Of a stretch of 64,000 bases of DNA, positions 37,116 through 46,761 are shown one piece after another. The first letter of the stretch is position 1; each line of letters opens with the position of its first letter. The position numbers and the translations under genes are program-made. Under the pieces are notes generated by a model, which worked only from the letters and a program-made list of their open reading frames with translations, made no database searches and was not told where the DNA came from. This DNA is from a virus, in IMG/VR virus record IMGVR_UViG_3300036820_000003, positions 1 through 64,000 of that record, one strand, 5' to 3'.

Positions 37116-37425
37116 TCCATTCCCTCTGGTAGTCGGCGGCCAGCTTGTCGATCTCGTTTTCGGATGGAGGCTTGAGCGCGAAGCTGCGCTCCATATGCTC
37201 CTCCAGCAGCTTGAGCGCCGCCTCCAGGCGACTCACCTGCCACAGGAGCCGCTGCATGTCCTCGACTCCCGCCTCCGCGATCTCCCGGGCTCCCTGCGGC
37301 GGCTCCCCCAGCAGCCACCACGCATCCAGGATGTCGCCCAGTTCGGACTCGATGAAGCCGTCCGGCATCGACTCAAGCGACTCCGCCAGCTCCCGGAGCC
37401 TGTGAATTACCTGGCTTTTTGTCAT
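37090..37425 (-). CDS. Hypothetical protein
   Basis: ATG after GGAAGGGAAGG. Confidence 0.6.
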   Translation of the reverse strand: MTKSQVIHRLRELAESLESMPDGFIESELGDILDAWWLLGEPPQGAREIAEAGVEDMQRLLWQVSRLEAALKLLEEHMERSFALKPPSENEIDKLAADYQREWNERPRTGT

Positions 37426-37825
37426 CTCGCCGCCTTCCCTTCCTTGATTGATGCGCCGGGCGACGTGCCCGGAAGTCACGGCGCTGCCACTTGTAGCGAA
37501 GCGCGGAGCGAAGCCGGAGGAAAGGGTACACGAACGTCCGCAGAAAAGGCCAGATGACATATCGTCCGAACGTGCGCCGGAACAGCCTGCGGAGGAAAGC
37601 CCGGATTCTGCGAGGCTTCACGTGCCCGATGTGATAGTGCAGCCGGTACGAGCGACCGTTTTCGAACACCGGCCCCCAGCGACATTCGTAAGGCGTGATC
37701 ACCTGAGCCCGCCGGGTGTCGCGGATGAGGCGGCCGACCGCGATCCACGCCTCACCACGAGTGGAGTAGGAACGTTTCCGCAGATGGGAGTACATCCACC
37801 GCTTACGACGCTTCTTGACGCTCAC
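37373..37825 (-). CDS. Basic hypothetical protein
   Basis: KRSYSTRGEA..PYEC..HYHIGH. Confidence 0.55.
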   Translation of the reverse strand: MSVKKRRKRWMYSHLRKRSYSTRGEAWIAVGRLIRDTRRAQVITPYECRWGPVFENGRSYRLHYHIGHVKPRRIRAFLRRLFRRTFGRYVIWPFLRTFVYPFLRLRSALRYKWQRRDFRARRPAHQSRKGRRRDDKKPGNSQAPGAGGVA

Positions 37826-38126
37826 TCAGCAGCTCCGTCCCCTCCGCCAGCAGGCTCAGCATCTCGGCGGGGAACTCCAGCTCGAAGTCGAACTCCCGGA
37901 CGGGGAATCCAGAGTCGAGGGAGCGAATCCACTGCTCGCGATCGGCGGGATTATACACCCGATAGTGAACTTCCCACGGCGGCGGCAGCACGATGTTGAT
38001 CGCGTGCTCAAGGACGGCGACCCTGCACCGGGGGAACAGACGGCTGACCGCCACCTGGATCGGACAGCTTCGCGCGTCACCCCGACACCCCTCGTCGGGA
38101 TCGACGTGAACCTGAACCTTCGGCAT
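37803..38126 (-). CDS. Hypothetical protein
   Basis: GCRGDARSCPIQVAV; RBS AAGGAG. Confidence 0.65.
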   Translation of the reverse strand: MPKVQVHVDPDEGCRGDARSCPIQVAVSRLFPRCRVAVLEHAINIVLPPPWEVHYRVYNPADREQWIRSLDSGFPVREFDFELEFPAEMLSLLAEGTELLSERQEAS

Positions 38127-38205
38127 ACCCCATTCTCCTTCCTGGCGGACTCAGCCCGCTCCGCCGACCGCCTCGAACGAGGCGGGCGACGGGCCGGGTT
38201 GAGGC

Positions 38206-38457
38206 CTACTTGAAGGTGACCTCCCAGGTGCCGTTGTCCAGACGACGCGGCGGGTGCTTGTCCATGCTGAGCTTTTTCGCGTCCAGTTTGAGGTACTCTG
38301 AATGCGAGACGATCTTGTGCTTGGAGTTCTTGGAGCTCTCCTCCTTCAAACGCTCGAACTCCGCCGTCCTGGCGTCGTGCCGATCGTTGCGACCCTGCTG
38401 ACCGCTCTTGCGGAGCTGCTCAGCGGCAGCTTCCGCGATTTTCCTTCCGATTCCCAT
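38206..38457 (-). CDS. Hypothetical protein
   Basis: RBS AGGAAGGA. Confidence 0.6.
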   Translation of the reverse strand: MGIGRKIAEAAAEQLRKSGQQGRNDRHDARTAEFERLKEESSKNSKHKIVSHSEYLKLDAKKLSMDKHPPRRLDNGTWEVTFK

Positions 38458-38470
38458 GAAGGTTTCCTTC

Positions 38471-38683
38471 CTAAGAGTACTTCACCCAGTACTTGCCGTG
38501 CTTGTCCACGTGGACCGCATCCACGTTGTCCATTCCCTTCTCCGCCATCAGCTGCTCGGGGCTGACCTCCACCGCGCCGTGCGGCTTGCCGGTCATCGTC
38601 TGGACAGTCCTGCCGTGGGCGTTCCTCGCGCCGCCGTGCAGCTTCCGGGCCAGCTCGACCGCCTTCTTGGTCTTCTCGAACAT
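38471..38683 (-). CDS. Hypothetical protein
   Basis: RBS AGGAAG. Confidence 0.6.
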   Translation of the reverse strand: MFEKTKKAVELARKLHGGARNAHGRTVQTMTGKPHGAVEVSPEQLMAEKGMDNVDAVHVDKHGKYWVKYS

Positions 38684-38891
38684 CAGCTTCCTGTTCCCTT
38701 CCTCTTCGGTGCCCAGCGCACCGAGCCGCCCCCGACACGTCGGGGGCGACCCGCTAGGCTGGACGCCAGGCCCCGCTGTCGCAATGGGCGACGCGAGGAA
38801 TCGTGAACCTTTTCATGTTCCTCCTTTCCCCTTACGGTTGCGCGTGCGTGCGCACGCTGCCAGTTTAGCAGCCGGGAACCCCGGCTGCCAC

Positions 38892-39074
38892 CTAGGAATG
38901 CCGGGACGAGGGCCGGATATCCTTGAGAATCGTGTTGATAAGACTATCTCGGCTGGCGATCCGCACCGCGCCCCGGGCGAGCATCCGCTGCACGCCCGGA
39001 AATCGATCTGCCTGGGTCATCGCGATCTTCCGAAGCTCCGAAGTCCGCATTCCCTCAAGCTCCTCGCGCGTCAT
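38892..39074 (-). CDS. Small helix-extension-helix (Rho-N-like) protein
   Basis: EELEGMRTSELRKIA..SRDSLINTIL pattern. Confidence 0.45.
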   Translation of the reverse strand: MTREELEGMRTSELRKIAMTQADRFPGVQRMLARGAVRIASRDSLINTILKDIRPSSRHS

Positions 39075-39249
39075 TGACTCTCCCTCCGTTGTCTCGCACG
39101 AACTTCTCCAGCACGGCGGGGGACATCATCCGCACCCGGATCGGAATGTCCGTCGCGCTCGGATCCAGACTCGAGAGGATATCCGTCGCCTGGGCCGTCA
39201 GCGCCGCCAGCCTGTCATCACTCGCGTTCGCTCTCTCGATCGCGCTCAC
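39055..39249 (-). CDS. Hypothetical protein
   Basis: Coupled ORF. Confidence 0.5.
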   Translation of the reverse strand: MSAIERANASDDRLAALTAQATDILSSLDPSATDIPIRVRMMSPAVLEKFVRDNGGRVNDARGA

Positions 39250-39569
39250 GCCTTCAGCGCCTTCCTTATCACCAGGACGGCGAGCATGCTAGCCCCTGAG
39301 ATCGCCAGGAAGCTGCATCCCCAGATGAGCAGCCAGAATCCAGGCTCCAGACGAATCCCGAAGATCCCGGTCCCGGCTGCCGACAGCCACACCGAACTGC
39401 AGAAAGGGCAGCTGATCAAGTCGAAAGCCCAGCGAGTGACAGCGTTCGGACGCCTGGGCCTGGCGAGCTTCATGCGGAGCGGACGCGAGATCTGCGCGCT
39501 GCTCGCAATCTGCGCGACGGTCCCGACGGCGAGGGCCAGAACCCCCGCCGCCAGCAGCGGACCGGTCAC
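39246..39569 (-). CDS. DUF1360-family membrane protein
   Basis: ISRPLR..LISCPFCSSVWLS with TM helices; GTGA overlap start. Confidence 0.75.
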   Translation of the reverse strand: MTGPLLAAGVLALAVGTVAQIASSAQISRPLRMKLARPRRPNAVTRWAFDLISCPFCSSVWLSAAGTGIFGIRLEPGFWLLIWGCSFLAISGASMLAVLVIRKALKA

Positions 39570-39880
39570 TCCGACTCGTACCTGTAGAAGCCACTGCCAC
39601 AGCAGTCCTCGCCGAAGCGAAGTCCCAGATGCGCGTACTCGGCCTGCCACACGCGCAGCTCGTCCGAGGTCTGCGCGTAGCTGATCTCGACTCGCTCGAA
39701 CTTCGCCTTGATCTCGTCAAACTCCCGAGTCGCCTTGTCCTTCTCGGACTCGACCTCGGCGAGGCAGCAGGCTGTGTCCTCGTCGAGCCGCTCGTTGCGC
39801 TGATCCTGCGGAGTCTCGTCGACGGGCTGGTCTGCCTTCGAGGCCGAGCCGGAGGTCGCGCGCTGCTTGCGTTCTGACAT
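39566..39880 (-). CDS. Coiled-coil hypothetical protein
   Basis: RBS AAGGAAGGA. Confidence 0.6.
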   Translation of the reverse strand: MSERKQRATSGSASKADQPVDETPQDQRNERLDEDTACCLAEVESEKDKATREFDEIKAKFERVEISYAQTSDELRVWQAEYAHLGLRFGEDCCGSGFYRYESE

Positions 39881-40043
39881 CTTCCGTCCTTCCTTGCGTG
39901 CGTTGCATGTGCTTGCAGCCGCAGGCCCGGAGGGGCCTGCGGACGTCGCCGGGTGCCTCCGGGAGGTCGCGCGGGCGTGGCGCGCGGTTGCGCACGCGCG
40001 TTAAGCGCGCGTGCGCACGGCCTCCTGCGAGGCTCCCGCCGGC

Positions 40044-40331
40044 TCACTCGATATCGCGCTCTTCCGGATCGGCCGGAGACGCGGGAGTCGAGGGGTCGGT
40101 GTCGTACCTGACGATCTGCGAGGCCTGGGTGGCGTTAACGAGCCGCAGGATCTGAACCAGCTCCTCGTAGCGAGCCCTGGCGGCGTTCCGCAGCGGAATG
40201 TAGTGATCCCGCAGGCTCCGCTGCGCGTCCAGGTAGGTCATGCGGTCCTCCGCCCGGGTGCGGATGATCTCCGGCTCGGGGCCGCTCCAGTCAACCTGAA
40301 AGCCCTCGGCCGGGACGCGGGTGCCGCTCAT
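40044..40331 (-). CDS. Hypothetical protein
   Basis: ATGA coupling. Confidence 0.55.
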   Translation of the reverse strand: MSGTRVPAEGFQVDWSGPEPEIIRTRAEDRMTYLDAQRSLRDHYIPLRNAARARYEELVQILRLVNATQASQIVRYDTDPSTPASPADPEERDIE

Positions 40332-40429
40332 CGGGTGAGCCTGGCGAAGACCGGGATGAAGAGCACCGCCAGATTGGCGGCGATAAGAGACACCCCGATC
40401 TCGATTCCGATCGTGAACATGCGAGCCTC

Positions 40430-40612
40430 CTAGCGCTCGAACTTCACCAGATAGTCGATTATCTCTATGCGAGGCTGCCTGCACAGCTTTGCGATTGCGG
40501 ATTTCTTCTCGTCCGCCTTCAGCGTCGTCCAGCTGTTGAACATCTTCTCGACCCGCTTCTTCAGGTCCCTCTCGCTGAGTGCGTCCAGCTCCCGGCGCTT
40601 GGCGTCAGACAT
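40430..40612 (-). CDS. Hypothetical protein
   Basis: RBS AAGGAGCAAGGAG. Confidence 0.6.
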   Translation of the reverse strand: MSDAKRRELDALSERDLKKRVEKMFNSWTTLKADEKKSAIAKLCRQPRIEIIDYLVKFER

Positions 40613-40640
40613 TGTCGCTCCTTGCTCCTTTCCTTCCGGG

Positions 40641-40847
40641 CTACCCGAGAGACTGAAGCCACCTGCGCAGGCTGGCGGCGTCCCAGGTGCCGGTCTTGTC
40701 GTAAATCCCCTGACGGTATCTCTTGATCATCGCCACCGGAAGCTGCAGCAATTCCGAGATCTGCCCGTCGGTCTTCTCATGGGCCGCGTGTCGCGCGATT
40801 TGACTTTCGCGGGCCGTGAAGATATGATTGGTGTTGGCGGCGGTCAT
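40641..40847 (-). CDS. LuxR/GerE-type HTH protein
   Basis: FTARESQIARHAA..TDGQISELLQLPVAMIKRYRQGIYDKTG. Confidence 0.75.
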   Translation of the reverse strand: MTAANTNHIFTARESQIARHAAHEKTDGQISELLQLPVAMIKRYRQGIYDKTGTWDAASLRRWLQSLG

Positions 40848-41191
40848 GTGACGGTGAACTTGCCTTCCTCAATGCAGGTAAGCGTGGCGATCCACGCGTG
40901 CGCGGACCTTGAGTAGCCGAGTGCCCTCGCGTCCGGATGACCCTCAACGTCGAGGCTCATCCCGGGCTTGAGACTGATGACCCGGATGTAGGCGACCAAA
41001 CCCCAGCCGCCCGAAGCGGCTGATGTCACGGGCACCTCCCCCGGAAGCTGGAGTATGACCAGCTCCGGGTATTTGAACACCGCCTCCCGGAACACCGTGA
41101 TCGACCCGTCGTATGGCGGCAGCGCGATGAGCGCGTCTGTCACGGGCTCCGAACCGGGTTCCGGTTCCGGGGTGATTGCAGGCTCTGACAT
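40844..41191 (-). CDS. Hypothetical protein
   Basis: RBS AAGGAGG. Confidence 0.6.
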   Translation of the reverse strand: MSEPAITPEPEPGSEPVTDALIALPPYDGSITVFREAVFKYPELVILQLPGEVPVTSAASGGWGLVAYIRVISLKPGMSLDVEGHPDARALGYSRSAHAWIATLTCIEEGKFTVT

Positions 41192-41265
41192 CGGGCCTCC
41201 TTTCGAACTTCGGTCCTGAGGACCGGACCCGGCACGGCGCAGCCGTGCCGGATCCCGCGCTCAGG

Positions 41266-42066
41266 CTACTTGTTCCTGCTCCTAGCCCGGATGATAGTAA
41301 CCCCGACCGCCATCATCAGCGCTACGAAGAACACCCAGAGGTCGTAGCCCTGGGCTTTCAGGCCCTGATCCCCGAACATCCCACTAATCGCCGCGCTCGA
41401 CATCAGCATGCCAGCCATAGCGAGAATCATCTGAAGATGCCTGTCGTAGCTCTTGCTGCGCCGGACTAGCTCCGTGACCTTGGCGTCGGGCTTTTCCAGC
41501 TCGCTCCTGAAGCCTGACGGCATATCCGGCAGATTAACCAGCAGCGCCTTCAGGTCGTCGTCGAAGCGCGCCTCCATGCACGCCTCCATCCGCGCGGTGA
41601 ACTCCTCGACCTTGAGACGGCCCTCGGCGAGGCATTGCTCCAGGTAAGCGCGGTAGCGCTCGCGGGTTTCGTCTTTGACGAAGATGCGCGTTTCCTTCAC
41701 TTCCGGTTCCTTTTCCGATTCTTGAACTGCTTTCAGATCGTCCACCAGGCTCCGCGCTGCCACCACAGCCAGATGGTCAATCTTGAACTGCCCGCCTTTA
41801 CGAACTGCTTCCATCAATTGCCAGACCACCTCGAAACCCCGGCGTATTTCCGGGTCGTCGAGTGTGAATCGGGTAATATCCAGTCCAGGCGTCACCAGCA
41901 GAATGCCCTTATCGACCCAGTGGGCGTGCATAATCGACTGGATCTGCTTATCTTGCTCTTGATTCGCCCGGATGATCCGACTCCCTTCGGGAGTCGCCCA
42001 GCTGTAAACGACAGCGCCGTTCTGAATGTCACGACGAACGACCCAGTAGCGAATGCCTGACGTCAT
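41266..42066 (-). CDS. DUF1707 (SHOCT-like) domain membrane protein
   Basis: KDETRERYRAYLEQCLAEGRLKVEEFTARMEAC..A...DDLKALLVNLP plus two C-terminal TM helices. Confidence 0.75.
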   Translation of the reverse strand: MTSGIRYWVVRRDIQNGAVVYSWATPEGSRIIRANQEQDKQIQSIMHAHWVDKGILLVTPGLDITRFTLDDPEIRRGFEVVWQLMEAVRKGGQFKIDHLAVVAARSLVDDLKAVQESEKEPEVKETRIFVKDETRERYRAYLEQCLAEGRLKVEEFTARMEACMEARFDDDLKALLVNLPDMPSGFRSELEKPDAKVTELVRRSKSYDRHLQMILAMAGMLMSSAAISGMFGDQGLKAQGYDLWVFFVALMMAVGVTIIRARSRNK

Positions 42067-42134
42067 CCTTCCTCCTTCCGAGGCCGACTAGCCCGCGCCG
42101 CGCTCAGCCGATTCCGGGCTGAGCGCGACGCCGG

Positions 42135-42317
42135 TCATCCGGATTCGCGAGCGAGCGCTCCCGCAATTCGCCCGATCAGGCTGAAACGAGGGATCGGCTT
42201 CCTGAAGGAGGCTGACCTCGCCGTCTTCCGGGCCTCCCGTGCGAGCCTGGCGTTGCGTCCGCGCTGGAGCGCCTCGGCGTGTTTCAGCCGGGTCAGCTCC
42301 ATGTGGATGTCGTTCAT
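42135..42317 (-). CDS. Small actinobacterial-type hypothetical protein
   Basis: HMEL.RLKHAEALQRGRNARLAREAR; RBS AGGAAGGA. Confidence 0.55.
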   Translation of the reverse strand: MNDIHMELTRLKHAEALQRGRNARLAREARKTARSASFRKPIPRFSLIGRIAGALARESG

Positions 42318-42401
42318 GATTTCCTTCCTAGGTGAAGTACAGCAGCACGCCCACGACGACAAGCGCGATGAACAGCCACGCGATCCTCTGCCAGTCATTC
42401 A

Positions 42402-42581
42402 TCAGCAGTCTCCAAGCGTCGCGGAGATCTCGCAGTACGATCTCCCCTGGCCCCCGCCCGTCCCCGGGCTGCCCATGAGCATCAGCCCGGCGATCAGGCA
42501 GCCGAGCGCCCCGGCGAGGATGATGATCGAGATGACGCCGCCCCGCCGGCTCTCCTGCTCGTCCCCCGGGGCGGGGGTCAC
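42402..42581 (-). CDS. Small membrane protein
   Basis: VISIIILAGALGCLIAGLML TM segment. Confidence 0.5.
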   Translation of the reverse strand: MTPAPGDEQESRRGGVISIIILAGALGCLIAGLMLMGSPGTGGGQGRSYCEISATLGDC

Positions 42582-42799
42582 GGGATGCTCCAGCTGATGA
42601 CGTACTGGAACACGTCCACGCGCAGCGGCCGGGCGACGATCGTGATGTGACCGTCTCGCCACGGGATGTACACGCCCCTCGCCCCGGCTGAGTGCGATCC
42701 GGACACCTGGCCCCGAGCCTGAGGCCGGGGCATCCCCAGAGCGAACAGATGGTCGACTGCGGCCTGGAAGGTGTCGCAATCCTTGGAGCCCGAGGTCAT
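42578..42799 (-). CDS. Hypothetical protein
   Basis: Coupled chain of small ORFs. Confidence 0.5.
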   Translation of the reverse strand: MTSGSKDCDTFQAAVDHLFALGMPRPQARGQVSGSHSAGARGVYIPWRDGHITIVARPLRVDVFQYVISWSIP

Positions 42800-43014
42800 G
42801 ACGGAGGCCCTTCGGTGATGACGAGCCTGCGACGGAAGCCAGCCCGTCGCACTTCGACTCGCACGACGTTCCCGGATCTGAGTGAGATCCGGCCCGGCTG
42901 GCCGAGGACGGCGGCGGCGACCATGTCCGTCGCGTCCCTCCCCGAAAGCCCCAGTCCCGTCAGGTAGCCGGACGCCGCCGCCTCCTCCGCGACCGGGAAC
43001 ATGCGCTCGCTCAT
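42796..43014 (-). CDS. Hypothetical protein
   Basis: RBS GAAGGGGG; coupled. Confidence 0.5.
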   Translation of the reverse strand: MSERMFPVAEEAAASGYLTGLGLSGRDATDMVAAAVLGQPGRISLRSGNVVRVEVRRAGFRRRLVITEGPPS

Positions 43015-43250
43015 GTCGCGGCCCCCTTCTTCCTGCGACACGAGGGGCAGAGAATCTTCAGCTCCCCGCCCGGAAGCGTCGCCAGCGACAAATCCCGATC
43101 CGGCTTCCCGCACTCCGCGCAGACCGGGGGCGACGGAGGCCTCCGCTCGGCCGGGGCGCGGTTCTTCGGGTAGTTGTTCACGCCCGGTCCATTCCCGAGA
43201 AGGACAGATTCCGGATCGCCCGCAGGGCGTTCCGCTTGTGACGCGGACAC
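43011..43250 (-). CDS. Small zinc-binding protein
   Basis: CAECG..LCPSC. Confidence 0.5.
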   Translation of the reverse strand: MSASQAERPAGDPESVLLGNGPGVNNYPKNRAPAERRPPSPPVCAECGKPDRDLSLATLPGGELKILCPSCRRKKGAAT

Positions 43251-43383
43251 AGCTTGCGCACGGCGATCGTAGCCCCGTCAACGACGAAACTGACTTTCGT
43301 CACCGGCTGCTCGCCGGTCTTGCCGTCGTAGTCGCATCTAGGCTGCGGCGGCCCGGTCGCGGGCCTCACAACCCGCTCTCTGC

Positions 43384-43566
43384 TCACGTACTGGTCACCA
43401 CGTAGGTGCCGGCGACTTCCATCACGACGACGCCGCCCGGACCGGTCCAGGATCCCTGGGCGTCCGCCGTGTCGACGGCGTCGTACAGCTGACGGCCCCT
43501 CAGCTCGGGGAGCAGTCCGGCGAGATGATGAATCGCGTCTGACTGCTGCGTGAATGTATTTTCCAT
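43384..43566 (-). CDS. Hypothetical protein
   Basis: RBS GCAGGAAA. Confidence 0.5.
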   Translation of the reverse strand: MENTFTQQSDAIHHLAGLLPELRGRQLYDAVDTADAQGSWTGPGGVVVMEVAGTYVVTST

Positions 43567-43754
43567 TTTCCTGCCTGCCTTCCTTTGCGGGCCTGCCCGC
43601 ATACTGCCAGTATAGCAGCAGCGAGCCCCGCATGCCGCTCGCTGGCGGCATCACGGGGCTCGCGCCGGGCCGCCGCATAGGGCAGCGGCCCGCCCGGCTC
43701 TGTCGGGGGGACATGTGCGGAGCCGGACGTCGGACCCGGCCCTCCGGCCGGGAG

Positions 43755-45128
43755 TCAGGGAATCATCATCGCGAACGCCGCCGTGTAGGGAAGCGTCCGG
43801 AACATGGAGTCGACGTTGTCGGGGATGAGCGCGACAGTCGGATCATCGACCTCCGCGCGCATGAACGGCAGGGCGGCGATGGTGCCGATGCCGTACATCT
43901 CCCGGTCCGGCAGCTTGCGGGCGACCGGGACGACGGACCCCCTGGAACCGGTGAAAACGGGCCAGGATGACGGACTGGGAACCGCCCTCATGTTCCCGGT
44001 GCGGGTGTTGCCCGCGCACACGACGACCAGGTCGTACTGGCGACGCGCCACGATGCCCCCGGCGGGGGTGTCGATTGGCTGCTCCTTGACCCGGAAGGTG
44101 CGGAGCCTGCGCTGACGGGTGAGGTCGGGGGTGTTCGGCGTGGAGAGGTCGACCGCCCGGGGAAGCTTGGCGCCGATCATCTGGTAGCGAGCCGGGGCGG
44201 TCGCCTTCCACTCCTGGCAGGTGCGCGGCAGGTTCGTGTTGTACCAGTCCACCTGGCGAATCCAGTCCAGGCCGGGCACGCTGTAATGCGACCCGAAGAT
44301 GTTCAGCGCGGACTCGACGGCGCAGTTCCCGGCGTTGCCCCTTCCGGCCCCGCCGCCGATGATCGCGACGGAGGAAATCCCCTGGAACGGGAAGGGCCGC
44401 GCCATCCGCTCCATGAACTCCCACCAGGTTTCCACGTGGAAGCGCACGTCAGGAAGCGCGAGGGCGCTCTCGTATCCCTTTCCCCGGGCGTCGACGATCC
44501 GGGCGGGGGTGATCTCCGTCCCGTTTGCAAGGCTGACCAGGTTGGTGTACCCTGAGCCGTAGGCGGCAACCGTTCCCAGCCGGACGTCCGCGTAGGCGGC
44601 GAGCGTCCAGCGAATGAGGAAGCGCATGGCGGCGTTCGTGGGGTAGTCGCCGGACTCCAGCTCGTTCGGCTGTACGACAGCGCCGGGGATGTAGTTGAGA
44701 TTAGCCTCCCGGGGCAGGCCGCCCATGCCGGGACGGGACGAGGAGTTCAGCCGGAAGACCGGCTTCCCGCCGCCGACTGCGAAGGAGCCGCCCGGCCGGT
44801 CAGTGATTACGACGGGAGGTTCTTCCCCCATCGCCGCTCGGCAGGCGGCGTAAACAGCGGAGTGGACGCCGCCCCCGATCACCAGGTCCTCGACGGGGGG
44901 GAAACCATAGATCCCGTACACCTGACCGGCCCAGTACTCGTCCAGGAGACGATCGGCGTACTCACGCGCGTCGGGATTCATGTAGATGGCGGCCAGAGTT
45001 GCGGCCCATGGGGTGCTGAACTCATCCTTCCGGGCTTCCATCAGCCCGATGAGCCGATTCTTAATCGGAGTCTTGCGAATCGTGTCCAGCGTCTTGGTGA
45101 ACCAGCCGGACGGGACAGCGAGCGCCAT
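43755..45128 (-). CDS. FAD/NAD(P)-binding oxidoreductase-like flavoprotein
   Basis: LVIGGGVHSAVYA and VAIIGGGAG dinucleotide-binding motifs, PGGSF, FRLNS and VDARGKG. Own promoter TAGGCT-GTTTAC at 45230-45241. Confidence 0.7.
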   Translation of the reverse strand: MALAVPSGWFTKTLDTIRKTPIKNRLIGLMEARKDEFSTPWAATLAAIYMNPDAREYADRLLDEYWAGQVYGIYGFPPVEDLVIGGGVHSAVYAACRAAMGEEPPVVITDRPGGSFAVGGGKPVFRLNSSSRPGMGGLPREANLNYIPGAVVQPNELESGDYPTNAAMRFLIRWTLAAYADVRLGTVAAYGSGYTNLVSLANGTEITPARIVDARGKGYESALALPDVRFHVETWWEFMERMARPFPFQGISSVAIIGGGAGRGNAGNCAVESALNIFGSHYSVPGLDWIRQVDWYNTNLPRTCQEWKATAPARYQMIGAKLPRAVDLSTPNTPDLTRQRRLRTFRVKEQPIDTPAGGIVARRQYDLVVVCAGNTRTGNMRAVPSPSSWPVFTGSRGSVVPVARKLPDREMYGIGTIAALPFMRAEVDDPTVALIPDNVDSMFRTLPYTAAFAMMIP

Positions 45129-45266
45129 AGGCTCTTCCTTCCTACCTTTCCTGCGGATCGCTCCTGCGAACCGCACCCGACCTGGCCCTGCCAGGTCGGA
45201 TGCCGCGCTCAGGGGCGGGTGCGCGTGCTGTAAACAGCCTAGCGGTCCCGAGCCCGGGAAACCAGG

Positions 45267-45512
45267 CTATGAGCCCGGGGCATTGCGCTTCGTAATTTTC
45301 ACCGTGAATGTGATCTCAGTCCCCGACCCGCCGGGTCGAAGAGCCGTCACGGCGAAGTTCCGCAGGGCCGTCGCGTCGTACTGAGGATGACCTACCCGGA
45401 CGACGGCCCGGCTCAGCATCCGATCCACCGTGCGAGGGAACAATCCCATCTGCTCCATGTACACGCGCACCTCCTCGCGCGTGCCGGTGAAGTCGCGCGA
45501 GATCGGGCTCAC
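45267..45512 (-). CDS. Hypothetical protein
   Basis: GTGA coupling. Confidence 0.5.
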   Translation of the reverse strand: MSPISRDFTGTREEVRVYMEQMGLFPRTVDRMLSRAVVRVGHPQYDATALRNFAVTALRPGGSGTEITFTVKITKRNAPGS

Positions 45513-45733
45513 GGGACGACTTCCAGCTTGAAACGCCAGTTCAACTGATCGATGAAGGCGATAAGCCGAACCTTGTCCGCCTCCCGGGCCACACGACTCG
45601 GAGCCGGGCGAACCGGATTTCCGGGGGTCCCCTTCGCGCGCTCGATCAGATCGTCGGTGATCGCGTCGCTCATGAAGAACCGGCTGGTCAGATAGGAGCG
45701 CGCCCACGCCTGCGGGCCGGTCAGCTCGCTCAC
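45509..45733 (-). CDS. Hypothetical protein
   Basis: Coupled ORF. Confidence 0.5.
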   Translation of the reverse strand: MSELTGPQAWARSYLTSRFFMSDAITDDLIERAKGTPGNPVRPAPSRVAREADKVRLIAFIDQLNWRFKLEVVP

Positions 45734-45924
45734 GCGCCGCCCCTTCGAATGCGGAACACGCCGGGGCCGACGCAGATCAGCAGCTCATTATTGAGGAAGA
45801 ACGTGCTGCCGCGCTCCTTAGCGCGCCGGACGGCCTCCTCGGCCTGCCCCTTGATCATCCCGAGTCGCTGCATTTCCCGCAGGACCTCGGCCTCGCTCAT
45901 GCGAGGTCCATTCGAGTCTGTCAT
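45730..45924 (-). CDS. Hypothetical protein
   Basis: RBS GAAGGA. Confidence 0.55.
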   Translation of the reverse strand: MTDSNGPRMSEAEVLREMQRLGMIKGQAEEAVRRAKERGSTFFLNNELLICVGPGVFRIRRGGA

Positions 45925-46482
45925 TTCCTTCGCTCCCTTCCAGAGCTCCCCGTGAGCTCAAAACCGCCCGCGTCCGGAGACGCGGGCGATCTTCAACCGG
46001 GGAGTGCGGGAGTGCGGGAGATGATCACGTCTTGCGAATGATGATCCTGCCGTTGTCGTGCACGAGCTGAACGCGAGTGCCCGGGATGGTGAAGATGGTG
46101 AAAATGAGGACTGTGAGCACGGCGGCCCGCGCTTCCCCGCGACTCACATTGTGCTTGTCGACAAGCTCATCGACGGCGATCTCGGGATCGAGTGCCTCTG
46201 ACACGAGGTCTCAGCCCCTTTCTAATTGAAGGGAACAGCAGTGCGACGGCGGCCGTCACGATGACGGCTGTCGCGATGACGCACACGGCCCTGAACCAGG
46301 TCGGGAGCGCGTCCGGAGCGGATGTGACCACGTAGGATGGAATCATTCCCGTCGCTTGCCCATCCAGTAGTTGAAGACGATCCCCGCCGCGAAGAACGCG
46401 ACGGGGATCGCGACAAGCTGCCACGGCTGGAGATGCAGGGTGATGACGCGAGGCGTCGTGCGGGCGACCGCGTCGGAGAGTC

Positions 46483-46761
46483 TCACGTCAGGAACTCCTC
46501 GATGAACGGGTGAATCGGATAATCCATCGGGAGCAGCTTCCTGCTCCCGAACCTGACCCATCCCCCCTGCCGACGTCGGTACCACACCCCGTCCGCGTCC
46601 CGGATGACAGCGCCGATCGGATACGATCTGCCCGCCTGGCGAAGCTTCTGCACCTCCCGGATAATCAGCCGAGTGAGATCGGAGTTTCCCATCCCGGCGG
46701 TGTTGTGAACTTCCCTGACCTTGCGAACTGCGGTCTCCAGCTCTCGCTCCCTGATCCTCAC
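46483..46761 (-). CDS. Hypothetical protein, paralogue of the C-terminal domain of 46758-47579
   Basis: YPIGAVIRDADGVWYRRRQGGWVRFG. Confidence 0.65.
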   Translation of the reverse strand: MRIRERELETAVRKVREVHNTAGMGNSDLTRLIIREVQKLRQAGRSYPIGAVIRDADGVWYRRRQGGWVRFGSRKLLPMDYPIHPFIEEFLT

